Assembly (NCBI GenBank): GCA_963707635.1 | Contig: OY970173.1 | Location: 1-64,000, forward strand | Length of the DNA stretch: 64,000 bases | Source of the DNA: Candidatus Latescibacterota bacterium | GTDB lineage: Bacteria > Krumholzibacteriota > Krumholzibacteriia > WVZY01 > JAKEHA01 | Direction: 5' to 3' | Part shown: one piece after another, positions 48,650-58,596 of the stretch | Numbering within the stretch: the stretch's first letter is position 1 | How the letters are laid out: every line of letters begins with the position of its first letter | Position numbers and translations under genes: made by a program | The notes under the pieces: generated by a model | Told to the model about the DNA's origin: nothing | Seen by the model: only the letters and a program-made list of their open reading frames with translations | Databases searched by the model: none

Positions 48650-51397
48650 ATGCCGTTGAAAGGGACCGCGAGGGGCATCGTGATCTCGTTCGTCCTCATG
48701 CTGGCCGCGGGTGCGGCGCGCGCGGGGACGATCGAGGGAACGGTCAAGGACAGCAAGACGGGAGAGGCGTTGATCGGTGCCGGCATCAAAGTGGTGGGGG
48801 CCAATCTCGGCGGCAGCACGGACCTGGACGGCAAGTTCTCGATCCGCAACGTGCCGGCGGGGACGTATTCGCTGCGCGTCCTCTACACCGGCTACACCCA
48901 GAAAATCATGACCGGGATCATCGTGCTCTCCGACGGCGTCACCCCGGCCGCCATCACCCTGGAGTCGGTCGCACAGGATCAGGGCGACGCTATGCGCATG
49001 GAAGACATCTACGTTACTGCCGAGCGCGTGACCAACACCAACGCTGCCATCCTCACCGAGCGTCTGCGCTCGGCGGTAATCGGAGACGGCATCAGCGCGG
49101 AGCAGATTCGGCTCTCCCCCGACGGTACCTCGAGCGACGCGCTCAAGCGCGTCACCGGTCTCTCGATCGTCGACGACAAATTCGTGTTCGTGCGCGGTGT
49201 CACCGACCGCTACAACTCCACCACCCTGAACGGGGTGTCGGTCACCGGCACCGATACCGATGCAGACAAGAAGAGCTTCTCGTTCGACCTGGTGCCGGCC
49301 TCGCTCATTTCGAACACCGTGGTCGCGAAGACCGCGACGCCGGACCTGCAGGGGGATTTCAGCGGTGGCCTCGTGCAGGTGAACACCCTCGATCTTCCGT
49401 CCGACTTCCTGCTCGCCGTCACCGCCGAAATGGGCCACGACGGCGTGAGCTCGCGCAAGGACGTCGTCGCGGATGCCGGCGGAAGCGACGACTGGAAGGC
49501 CAAGGACGACGGCTCGCGCGCGCTGCCCCAGGGGCTGGAGGGCGTCGAGCTGGCGAAGGCGCTCCCCAATACGTGGGGCACCTCCGACGACATCTCGCAC
49601 CGAAACGGCACCTACGGCGTTGCCCTCGGGGACCGCTACTCGCTCGGGGGCGGCGACATCGGTTTCATCGCCTCGGGGACGTACAAGCACGGCTTCAAGC
49701 TCGAGGATTATCAGCAGGCGCCCCTGGGGGGCGGAGAGGGCGGAGCCTACCCGCTCTTCTGGTTCGACGGAACCCGCTACCGGGAACGCGTGCTCATGGG
49801 CGCGCTCCTGAACGTGAGCTACCAGCCCACGCCGCTACACCGGATCAGTTTCGAGAACAACTACTCGCGCAGCGCCGAGGACAAGGTCACGCAGTCGGTG
49901 GGGTTCTTCGAGAGCTCCGGCGACACCAACCGCTTCCAGGTCATCGAATGGGATCAGCGCGATCTGTACCTGGGCCAGCTCGCCGGCGACCACCAGTTTC
50001 CCGTCGCGCGCGGCCTGAGGATCAACTGGCACGTCGCCTTCTCGGACTCCAAGGCGCAGGAACCGGATCGCAAGTACGCCGACTACGAGCGCGAGCCGCG
50101 CGGGAATTATCTGCTGAAGGAAAACTACCGCAGCTGGTCCGAGCTGGATGAAAACACGACCGTCTGGAACGTAGACGTCGAACTCCCGATCCGCGAAGGA
50201 AGGGTGAAGACCGGTTTCCTGCACTCGAGGCGCGAGCGGTCATTCGACATCGAAGCGTGGGTCACCGACACGTCGAAGCTCGACCGCCAGCACCGCGCCC
50301 TCGTCCTCGAACCAATCGGCGAGATATTCGACGCGGCCAACTACGGCCCGGGGATGTTCGGCTTCGTCCCGTACTCGCCGTTCACCGGCGTATACGACGG
50401 TTCCCACGACCTGAACGCGTATTACGGGATGGTTGACACGCCGTTTCACGTGGCCGGCGGCGCCTTCCGTTTTGCCGGTGGCGTCCGCGTCGAGGCCTCC
50501 AATCAGGTTGTCACCTCTCCCATCGCGGCCGACGACCCGACATTACAGACCGCGCAGATCGACGAAAGCGATCCGCTGCCGTCCGCGAATCTCACCTACC
50601 AGGTCACGAGCACCTCGAATCTCCGTCTGGGCTACTACAAGTCGGTGAACCGCCCGGAATTCCGCGAGCTGGCCAACGTCAGCTATCTCGACTTCGACGC
50701 CAACCAGATCGTGGTCGGCAACCCCAATCTCGATCGCGCGACGATCGACAACTTCGACGTCCGCGCCGAGTGGTTTCCACGCATCGGCGAGGTTCTCGCC
50801 GTGAGCTATTTCAACAAGCAGCTGACCGACGCCATCGAGGAGGAGCTGATTCCCGCGCCGGACCGGTACGTGCGCACGTGGTTCAATTCTCCCACGGGGA
50901 AGAACGTCGGCTTCGAGGTCGAGGCCCGCAAGAGCCTCGGATTCGCGTGGGGCCAGCTCGAGAACCTGGTGGTCCAGGGAAACTACACGCGCGTCGAATC
51001 CGAAGTCGAGTACACGGCGACGCACACGGACCCGCAGGGGAATGCAATCTTCGAGACCAAGACGCGCACCTTGCAGGGACAGGCGCCCTACACCATCAAC
51101 GCCGGGCTGGTCTATTCGATCCCCGATATCGGGTTGTCGTCGAGCCTTCTCTACAACCGGTTCGGCCGGCGGCTGGACGCGGTGGGCGACACCCGCGACG
51201 AGGACATCTTCGAGGAGCCCCGCGACGTGTTCGACCTGGCGCTCACCGAGCAGTTCACCGCGTGGATGCGGCTCAAGTTCACGATCCGGGACATCGCGGC
51301 GGACGACGTGGTCTACACGCTCGGAGACACCGAGTCCGCATGGGAGAGCATCAAGGTCGGGACGACGTATGCAATTTCTCTCTCTTTCAATCTATAG
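48650..51397 (+). CDS. TonB-dependent receptor with N-terminal carboxypeptidase-regulatory-like domain
   Basis: AGGAGG RBS; GTIEGTVKDSKTGEALIGA, ALKRVTGLSI, VRGVTDRY, VNRPEFRELA, GNPNL, LQGQAPY; ends ISLSFNL. Confidence 0.93.
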   Translation: MPLKGTARGIVISFVLMLAAGAARAGTIEGTVKDSKTGEALIGAGIKVVGANLGGSTDLDGKFSIRNVPAGTYSLRVLYTGYTQKIMTGIIVLSDGVTPAAITLESVAQDQGDAMRMEDIYVTAERVTNTNAAILTERLRSAVIGDGISAEQIRLSPDGTSSDALKRVTGLSIVDDKFVFVRGVTDRYNSTTLNGVSVTGTDTDADKKSFSFDLVPASLISNTVVAKTATPDLQGDFSGGLVQVNTLDLPSDFLLAVTAEMGHDGVSSRKDVVADAGGSDDWKAKDDGSRALPQGLEGVELAKALPNTWGTSDDISHRNGTYGVALGDRYSLGGGDIGFIASGTYKHGFKLEDYQQAPLGGGEGGAYPLFWFDGTRYRERVLMGALLNVSYQPTPLHRISFENNYSRSAEDKVTQSVGFFESSGDTNRFQVIEWDQRDLYLGQLAGDHQFPVARGLRINWHVAFSDSKAQEPDRKYADYEREPRGNYLLKENYRSWSELDENTTVWNVDVELPIREGRVKTGFLHSRRERSFDIEAWVTDTSKLDRQHRALVLEPIGEIFDAANYGPGMFGFVPYSPFTGVYDGSHDLNAYYGMVDTPFHVAGGAFRFAGGVRVEASNQVVTSPIAADDPTLQTAQIDESDPLPSANLTYQVTSTSNLRLGYYKSVNRPEFRELANVSYLDFDANQIVVGNPNLDRATIDNFDVRAEWFPRIGEVLAVSYFNKQLTDAIEEELIPAPDRYVRTWFNSPTGKNVGFEVEARKSLGFAWGQLENLVVQGNYTRVESEVEYTATHTDPQGNAIFETKTRTLQGQAPYTINAGLVYSIPDIGLSSSLLYNRFGRRLDAVGDTRDEDIFEEPRDVFDLALTEQFTAWMRLKFTIRDIAADDVVYTLGDTESAWESIKVGTTYAISLSFNL

Positions 51398-51467
51398 GGG
51401 TGACACCTGACTCGACCAAGTCGATTGCGAGGGAGAGAACCTGCATACCGATGTCGCGAACGCATAT

Positions 51468-51501
51468 GGCCATCCCCGGAGGGCTAGCTCCGGGGATGGC
51501 C
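51468..51501 (+). other. Perfect 14-bp hairpin in the receptor-partner intergenic region
   Basis: GGCCATCCCCGGAG-GGCTAG-CTCCGGGGATGGCC; no U-tract follows. Confidence 0.8.
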
Positions 51502-51635
51502 GACCCAAGAAGAAGGAGGTCACACGGCATAACGGCGAGAACCCCCCTTTCAGGGTTTCGATCAGGGTAACGGACGCTAGAAGTCGGAATCAACCAGCAA
51601 CGAAAACGCAGTTTAAATCAGGAGGATATCATCTC

Positions 51636-53391
51636 ATGAAGCGCCTCATTATAGCCACGGCCCTGGCCGTCGCTGCTTTCGCGCCCCACGCGATGGCTGC
51701 CCTGCCGCAGAAGGTCATTGGGAAGGGCACCGCATTGCCCGCGAGGCAGCGCTACTGCCAGGACTTCAATCGTGTTCTTTCCGCGGACACGGTCTACGTG
51801 ATGACCGGACACTACTACGTTCCGTCGGGGAGAACGCTCACCATCGAACCCGGCACGATCATCCTGGGTCACAACGTGACGGGCGGCACGCTCATCGTAT
51901 CGAAGGGTGGCCAGATCTTCGCCCAGGGAACCCAGCAGCTCCCGATCGTGTTCACCAGCGACAAGGCCCCCGGCAGCCGGGCGCCCGGCGACTGGGGCGG
52001 CGTCATCATTCTCGGCGACGCGCCGGTCAACAAGGTCAACCCCGTCATCGAAGGCGGGTTCATCGCCGGTGATTGCACCGCGAGCGGCAACACCTACGGG
52101 GGTATCAACGCCGCCGACAACAGCGGCGTCTTGAGCTATCGTTCGCATCGAGTATCCCGGCTACCGGTTCCAGGCCAACAACGAGGTCAATGGCCTCACC
52201 ATGGGCGGCGTCGGTTCCGGCACCCAGATCGACCACATCCAGGTCTGCTACTCGGACGACGATTCGTACGAGTGGTTCGGCGGGACCGTGAACTGCTCCT
52301 ATCTGGTGGCGGCGTACGGCACCGACGATGAGTTCGACACCGACTTCGGTTACCAGGGTAAGGTGCAGTTCGGCTTCGGGCTGCGCGACCCGGACCAGTC
52401 GGACCCGACGGGCGAGTCGAACGGGTTCGAGTCCGACAACGACGGGTCCGCCACCTCGACGGACACGCCGTACACGCGGCCGATCTTCTGCAACATCACG
52501 CTGGTGGGTCCGGAGCGGACCAACGCGGATGTTCCGTTCCCGCTGGGTGAGAAGTTCCAGTTCGGCGCATTGCTGCGCCGCTCGACGGAAACCAGCATCT
52601 ACAACTCGTGCATCATGGGCTATCCGTGGGGCATCCGGTTGCGCGACGTGCACACGATCGAGTGGGCCCAGCAGGACACATTGCAGATCCGCAACACGAC
52701 CATGCAGGGAACGCTCGTCCCCAACGGTTCTTCGTCGGGCATCCACGACGAGGCGGCCGCCACGGGGTGGGCGGACGTCGACACCTGGTTCGCCACGGGC
52801 GGCTACGGCAACACCGGCAACGCGGTGCGTAATCCGGACGATATCCTGCTCAACGACCTGAGCGACCTCAACAATCCGGATGCGCGTCCGGCAACCGGTT
52901 CCGAGCTGATCGGCAGCGCCGACTTCTCCAACCCCCGTCTCTCCGGCCTGGTCACCACGTCGTACCGCGGCGCGTTCCCGCCGGTGCCGGGAGCTCTTGC
53001 TCCGAACAGTCCGCAGGACCCGGGCGATCCGACCGCGCTGTGGACCTACTACTGGACGAGCTGGGACCCGCAGAACATGGACTACGCCGACGGGCTTCCC
53101 ACCGGTGTGGGCGACGGCCCGTCGTATCGCAGGGCGGAGTTGTCGCAGAATTACCCGAATCCGTTCAACCCGCAGACGTCGATCGACTTCACCGTCCCCG
53201 CCACGGGCCAGGTGACGCTCGATATCTTCGACGTGCAGGGCGCGAAGGTGGCCACGCTGGTGAACACGGTGAAGGAGCGCGGCAGCTACACCGTGAACTT
53301 CAACGCCAACGGGCTCACCTCGGGCGTGTATTTCTATCGCCTGAAGGGGAACGGCTTCAACGTCATGAAGAAGATGGTGCTGCTGAAGTAA
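51636..53391 (+). CDS. Secreted beta-helix-like protein (GDWGGVIILG family) with T9SS-like C-terminal domain; 1-nt frameshift at ~52140
   Basis: LTIEPGT, PIVFTS, PGDWGGVIILGDA, DNSGVLSY|VRIEYPG...NEVNGLTMGGVGSGT, DDSYEWFGG, QNYPNPFNP...KMVLLK; removing one base at 52139-52140 joins ORFs 51636-52331 and 52201-53391. Confidence 0.82.
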
Positions 53392-53420
53392 CGCTTCGGC
53401 GAAGCAGCAGAGTGAGTATG

Positions 53421-53454
53421 GCAAGCGCCCCGGCCGAATGGCCGGGGCGCTTGC
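53421..53454. terminator. Hairpin terminator between convergent genes
   Basis: 15-bp stem GCAAGCGCCCCGGCC / GGCCGGGGCGCTTGC, loop GAAT. Confidence 0.75.
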
Positions 53455-53459
53455 TCTTG

Positions 53460-54005
53460 CTAGCGCGTGGCCACGCGGAGATCACGCCGGCAGTACCATG
53501 CCCCGTCGCGTTTCTCGAGAGGCCGGATGCCGCGGTAAGCCACGTCGTCCCCCTCGAGTTCCTCGCGGTCGCGCTCGATCGCTGCGCGCGAAAGGTGGGG
53601 GTCCCCCTCGAACTCGAGGAGGAATGACTGCTCGGAAAAATTCGCGCCGGAGACGACGTAGTGCACATGGGCGGGAATGTCGCTGTTCGGATAACTGGCC
53701 GGCTTGATGGTGCGAAAACGGTAGCGACCGTCGGCGCCGGTTCGCATGAGCCCGCAGAGCCGGGCGGTCCCGTCGGAGTTGTCCTTCGAGTAGTAACCGC
53801 GGGCATCCGTGTGGTACACGTACACGATCGCGCCCTCGACCGGCTTTCCATCGGAGCCGGTCACGATTCCCTCGACAATGAGGCGCTCGCCGGGCTCATC
53901 CGACTCCGCGATCGTGATCTCCCATGACGTCGCCTCTTTCTGTGCACAGCTGCGCTGGGCGCCGCCGTTCGAGCCGACGACGAGCAATGCACACGCCGCC
54001 GCCAC
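53460..54005 (-). CDS. Intradiol ring-cleavage dioxygenase-like protein
   Basis: EPGERLIVEG, VYVYHTDARGYY, GRYRFRTIKPASYP, PAHVHY; start uncertain. Confidence 0.72.
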   Translation of the reverse strand: MAAACALLVVGSNGGAQRSCAQKEATSWEITIAESDEPGERLIVEGIVTGSDGKPVEGAIVYVYHTDARGYYSKDNSDGTARLCGLMRTGADGRYRFRTIKPASYPNSDIPAHVHYVVSGANFSEQSFLLEFEGDPHLSRAAIERDREELEGDDVAYRGIRPLEKRDGAWYCRRDLRVATR

Positions 54006-54015
54006 GGCCTTCGTG

Positions 54016-54255
54016 CTAGCCGCCGAATAGGACGTCGATAATCGAGCCGACGTGCCGCTTGCCTTCCAGGATTTCAGGATTGTAGACCTCCGTGTACCCA
54101 CAGTGACCGCAGGACACCATGACGAACTGGTTGTGCTGGATGTCGAAAAGCTTCGATATCCCGCGGCCGGTGGTGGCGATGCGTTTGACGCGCGCCCCCG
54201 TCGACTGACACTTTGCGCACTTGAAACGGCTCGCAAACTGATCTTCCAGAGCCAC
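54016..54255 (-). CDS. Small zinc-ribbon protein
   Basis: GGAGGT RBS and GTG; CAKC...SKLFDIQHNQF...SCGHCGYTEVY. Confidence 0.8.
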   Translation of the reverse strand: MALEDQFASRFKCAKCQSTGARVKRIATTGRGISKLFDIQHNQFVMVSCGHCGYTEVYNPEILEGKRHVGSIIDVLFGG

Positions 54256-54350
54256 GTTCAACCTCCCGTAAGATGCCGGAACGCGCCGGAGGGTTCGAAA
54301 CGAACTCCGGCTGCCTCCACTACCCTGGGGTGGTCGGCCTATTCGGGCCT

Positions 54351-55543
54351 TCATCGCAAGACGAAGTCGGTCGAGCGCCGGTTGACCCACCGGCTGACGC
54401 GCGCCGGAGCCGCGCCCGCCAGGATGAACAGGGTTTCCAGCACCGGAGGAAACGCGGTCACATACTTCTGAATGGCGAACGACTTTCGCGTCAGGGCGGC
54501 AATTTCCAGCTCGCTGCGGCGCGTGTACGCATCCAACGCGGCGCGCGAGATATCGCCGCGCTCGAGGGCCTCGTGGGCGACGGCGGCGGCCGCCATCCCG
54601 CTCGCCACGGCATTATGAATGCCCTCCCCGGTCAGCGAATCGACGAAGCGGGCCGCGTCCCCGACCAGCATGGCGCCGTCGAAGGCTCGCGCCGCCGGTC
54701 GCGTGGTCGCGTACGGCAGCTGCCAGGTCGCCGCGTCGCGGACCCGCCAACCGGGCCGCAGGCGCCGGCGCAGATCGTTGCGACCCAGGAAGTCACTGAG
54801 CAATGTCTCCAGCGAAAATGCCGCGGCGCTTGAATCGATCCGTGCGCACGATCACGCCCACGTTGGCGGTATCCGCGTCCAATGGAAACACCCAGCCGTA
54901 ACCGGGCGCGTACGGTGGATAGAAATGGAACTCGACCGTGTCGGGGAGGGTCTCGATGCCGTCGACGTAGGCGCGAATCGCGACGCCGCGGTGCGACTCG
55001 GGCGCCTTCCCGGGCGCGAGCGCCCGCGCCACCGCCGAGGTCGCGCCGTCCGCACCGATCACGATGCGCGCCCCAATTTCCACTTCCCCGCCGTCGACGT
55101 CGGCACGCACACCGACCACGCGCCCGTCCTGCATAATCGGGGCGCGCACGGCGGCCCGTCGAAAGGCCGCGCCGCTGGAAATCGCGTGGCGAAGGATAAG
55201 ATCGTCCAGGCGCACGCGCGGAGCGATGTAGAACACGGCGCCGTCGAGGCGGGAGTCGAAGCGCGTGGACCACTCGCGCCCGTGCGCGGAGACGAGGCGT
55301 ATCCCGTGGATGGGCTGGAAGCCCGCGGCCCGCAGCGCGTCGGCCATCCCGAGTTCGTTCAAGATGGCGACGGTCCCGGGCGGGACGCCGTCTCCGCAGG
55401 GTTTGTCGCGCGGGAACTCGGCGCGGTCCAGGACGAGCACGCGGTGGCCGAAACGCGCGAGCGACGCCGCCGCGACGCTTCCCGCCGGCCCCGCTCCCGA
55501 CGACCAGGACGTCGGCTACGACTTCTGCTTCCGCTCCACCCAC
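54351..55543 (-). pseudogene. Geranylgeranyl reductase-family FAD oxidoreductase with two apparent 1-nt insertions (possibly sequencing errors)
   Basis: DVLVV|GAGPAGS, FPRDKPCGDG, IGADGATS, GYGWVFP, then LVGDAARFVDSLTGEGI in another frame; shifts at 55496-55498 and 54815-54818. Confidence 0.78.
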
Positions 55544-57270
55544 GACTTCACGTTCGCTTCGAGCACGCCCAGAGGAACCGCTCCGCTCCACAACACGATG
55601 TCGTGGAACTCGCGCACGTCGAACTTGCCGCCCAGCTCCTTCGTCGCGTACGCGCGCAGCTCGCGAATCTTGAGCTCGCCGATCTTGTAGGCGAGCGCCT
55701 GGCCGGGCCAGGCGATGTAGCGGTCGACTTCGGTGGTCACGTTGTGCATCGAGAGCGCACCGTTGGCGGCCATGTAGTCGATCGCCTGCTGGCGCGTCCA
55801 CCCGAAGTAGTGCATCCCGGTGTCGACCACCAGACGCATCGCGCGCCACATCTCGTAGGTCAAACGGCCGAAGTCGCTGTAGGGATCCTGGTAGAACCCG
55901 ACTTCCATCCCCAGGCGTTCGGAGTAGAGTCCCCAGCCCTCGACGAACGCGGTGAACCAGTCATAGCGGCGGAAGTTGGGAACGTCGGGCAGCTCCTGCA
56001 TGATCGCGATCTGGAGGTGGTGTCCGGGGACCGCTTCGTGAAACGAAAGCGCTTCCAGCTCGTAGCGCGGGCGGCTCTTCAGGTCGTACAGATTGATGTT
56101 GTAGAAGCCCGCGCGGGTGCCGTCGCCGTTGGGGTCGTCGTAGTACGCCGTCGTCGTCTTGGGCGCGATGAAGTCGGGGACCGGCTTGACGCCGTAGGGC
56201 ATGCGCGGCAGCGTCTTGAACAACGTCGGCAGCTGGCCGTCCATCTGCTTGCAGATGAACGACACTTCCCGGATCAGGGCGTCGGGTGTGTCGAAGTAGA
56301 ATCGGCTGTCCGTGCGCAGGAACGCGAGGAACTCCGCGAACGAGCCCTTGAATCCGGTGCGCACGATGACCGCGTCCATCTCGGCGCGGATGCGCTTGAC
56401 CTCGGCCAGGCCGGTGTCGTGCACCTGCTGCGGCGTGAGATCCAGGGTGGTGTAGTAGCGGACGCGGAATTCGTAGTACGCTTTCCCGTTGGGAAGATCG
56501 GAGGCGCCGATCGTCTCGCGGCTCGCCGGCACGTATTCCTTCTCCATGAACTCGTGCAGCGCCCGATAGGCGGGCACCACCGAGTCGGTGATTGCCTTCT
56601 TCCCGCGAGCCACCAGCGCCGCCCGTGCGCTCTCCGGCACGGTGTCGGGGAACTTCTCGAAGGGCGCGTATAACAGGCTCTTGGTCGGGTTGTCGACGAT
56701 GTGCGCGTCCACCGCTCCCTCCCAGCCCCCCAGCACGACCTTCGGCAGGACGTAGCCTTCCTTGATCCCTTCGCGCATCACCTCGATGTACTGCCCGAAG
56801 TAGCGGCGGCACGCCTCGAGCCGCGCGCAGTAGTTCTCGTAGTCCTTCGCCGTGAAGAGCGTGAGGCGGTCCGGCAGCTGCGGGAAATCGGTGTGGAAAC
56901 CTTCGCGGTTGGTAATGGGCATCAGGTAGCCCTTCAGGTCGTATTCCGTGAGGCGGTTGCGAAGCGAGCGGCCGAAAATGTCGTAGTTGAGCCGGTCGCC
57001 GTCGCCCAGCTTCGTCCGGTCGATCGCCTCCAACCGCTTCAGGTAACCGCGATCGGCCTGGTTGCGCCGGGCCTCGTCGGCGAGCGCGACCGATGGGAGC
57101 TGGTCGTCGAACCGATGGTCGCCCAGGCGCGTCGCGAACAGGGGGCTCTCGCGCATGCGCGCCTCCCACTCGTCGTCGAAGAGCTTCTTCAGGTCCTCGG
57201 CGGGGGTCGCCGCCAGGGCGTTCAACGGGATCAGGGAGGCCAGAAGTCCCAGCATGGCAAGTGTCCTCAC
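55516..57270 (-). CDS. DUF885-family exported protein
   Basis: Signal peptide; VHDTGLAEVKRI, FHEAVPGHHLQ, FVEGWGLYSE, RLVVDTGMH, EVDRYIAWPGQALAYKIG. Confidence 0.93.
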   Translation of the reverse strand: MRTLAMLGLLASLIPLNALAATPAEDLKKLFDDEWEARMRESPLFATRLGDHRFDDQLPSVALADEARRNQADRGYLKRLEAIDRTKLGDGDRLNYDIFGRSLRNRLTEYDLKGYLMPITNREGFHTDFPQLPDRLTLFTAKDYENYCARLEACRRYFGQYIEVMREGIKEGYVLPKVVLGGWEGAVDAHIVDNPTKSLLYAPFEKFPDTVPESARAALVARGKKAITDSVVPAYRALHEFMEKEYVPASRETIGASDLPNGKAYYEFRVRYYTTLDLTPQQVHDTGLAEVKRIRAEMDAVIVRTGFKGSFAEFLAFLRTDSRFYFDTPDALIREVSFICKQMDGQLPTLFKTLPRMPYGVKPVPDFIAPKTTTAYYDDPNGDGTRAGFYNINLYDLKSRPRYELEALSFHEAVPGHHLQIAIMQELPDVPNFRRYDWFTAFVEGWGLYSERLGMEVGFYQDPYSDFGRLTYEMWRAMRLVVDTGMHYFGWTRQQAIDYMAANGALSMHNVTTEVDRYIAWPGQALAYKIGELKIRELRAYATKELGGKFDVREFHDIVLWSGAVPLGVLEANVKSWVERKQKS

Positions 57271-57361
57271 GATCGGCTCCTTCGCGAAATGAGGCGAGAC
57301 TACACGATACGACCGCGCCGCGGCAATGTTGCCGAAGGCGAGATCGAGGCGCCGCGCATGA

Positions 57362-57394
57362 ATACAAACGGGCGCGGGGGTTCCCCCGCGCCCG
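57362..57394 (-). terminator. Intrinsic terminator after porin gene
   Basis: 11-bp GC stem (57369-57379 / 57384-57394) followed by TTTGTAT on the minus strand. Confidence 0.75.
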
Positions 57395-57420
57395 CGGCAT
57401 CGACACACCCGAAGGACAGG

Positions 57421-58434
57421 TTAGAACTTGCAGGAGAAAGTCAAACGCGGGATCACATCCGTGTCCGGGGCCGGGCCGCCCGCTTCCGGTTCGTCGTACA
57501 CGACGACCTCCACGTTGGGGGAGAGGCTGACCATGTCGGCCAGTCGATAGTCCACCCCACCGAGAATGAAGGTATTGGCGGCAGTGGGATCGAACGGAAT
57601 GTAGGCGATGGCGTTACCATCGGGGTTCGGATCCAGGTTGCGATCGACGCGCGCAAATAGCCACAACTTGTCGTTGGCGGCGGCGGCAACGAAGCCGGAA
57701 ACGATCCGAAGCTCGGTATCCTCGCCGACGTCGTTGCGATTCTGTTGCACGTATTGCACGCCGGCCCGAAGCCGGTCCGCTTTGTAGCCCGCGAACCCAT
57801 GATAGGTCTGACGATCACCCGAATTGGTGCGGTCTTCGTAGTCACCATAGCCTTCGACCACGACCTGCTTCGTAATCCAGAAGCGAAGCGCCCCCATGAT
57901 CTTCTTCTTCGAGTCGGTTTCACCATTGAGCGCGCTCCCGTTGCCACCCATGACCTGGTACGTCACGCGCTTGCCCTCCCCGACGGCACCGTTGAATGAG
58001 ACTCCCATTTCCCGTGAGGAAGCCAGGCGCTGGAGCTCGGCGGGCACTTTTTCGATGGCGCGATATCCCCACACCTCTTCGACCGTGCTCAAGGTAGGTG
58101 TGGCCGAAAGCCCGGCAATGACCGCGTAGTTGCCGCTCTGATACTTGATCCAGAGGTCCTTCATGTACGTGGTCATGGTGGCGGTGCTGGTGAAATCTCC
58201 GGGGCTGGCCGCCTCGAAGCGCACTCGAGACGAGACCTTCTCGTCGAATTTGTAGTCATAGCTCAGATTCATGCGGCGCATCCAGGTCCCGTTCAAGTCC
58301 ACCAGGGCGGAGTCATGATTGTCGGCGACCCAGTAGACGTCGCCGAACACCTCCCCGCTGAACTTGCCTTCTCCCGCGAACGCGTATGCCGGCAGCAGAA
58401 GCGCCAGCGCGATCGCAAACCGCTTGAGATGCAT
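57421..58434 (-). CDS. Outer-membrane beta-barrel porin, possibly phosphate-selective
   Basis: AAGGAG RBS, signal peptide, amphipathic strands, C-terminal TFSCKF; Pho-box-like promoter upstream. Confidence 0.75.
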   Translation of the reverse strand: MHLKRFAIALALLLPAYAFAGEGKFSGEVFGDVYWVADNHDSALVDLNGTWMRRMNLSYDYKFDEKVSSRVRFEAASPGDFTSTATMTTYMKDLWIKYQSGNYAVIAGLSATPTLSTVEEVWGYRAIEKVPAELQRLASSREMGVSFNGAVGEGKRVTYQVMGGNGSALNGETDSKKKIMGALRFWITKQVVVEGYGDYEDRTNSGDRQTYHGFAGYKADRLRAGVQYVQQNRNDVGEDTELRIVSGFVAAAANDKLWLFARVDRNLDPNPDGNAIAYIPFDPTAANTFILGGVDYRLADMVSLSPNVEVVVYDEPEAGGPAPDTDVIPRLTFSCKF

Positions 58435-58490
58435 TCCGAAGACTCCTTCGTTAGAGGAAGACCGAATTAAGAAACCATCAATCGGGGCGG

Positions 58491-58535
58491 AAGATACGAC
58501 AGGATTGGTAAAGACCGCATAAACGAAAAGTAAAT
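58491..58535 (-). promoter_or_regulatory. Pho-box-like promoter of porin gene
   Basis: Minus-strand TTTAC, TTTAT, TTTAC at 11-bp period (plus 58530, 58519, 58508), then 11 nt, then TATCTT. Confidence 0.72.
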
Positions 58536-58596
58536 CTTCATACTGGCCGGGGCACCCTCGGCCGGCCTCACCGGCAATTATCATGCGCTCAGCGAG

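Noticed and set aside
52130..52150. Programmed ribosomal frameshifting at the split genes
   Set aside because: No slippery heptamer or obvious stimulator; several unrelated genes show single-base indels, which favours sequence error
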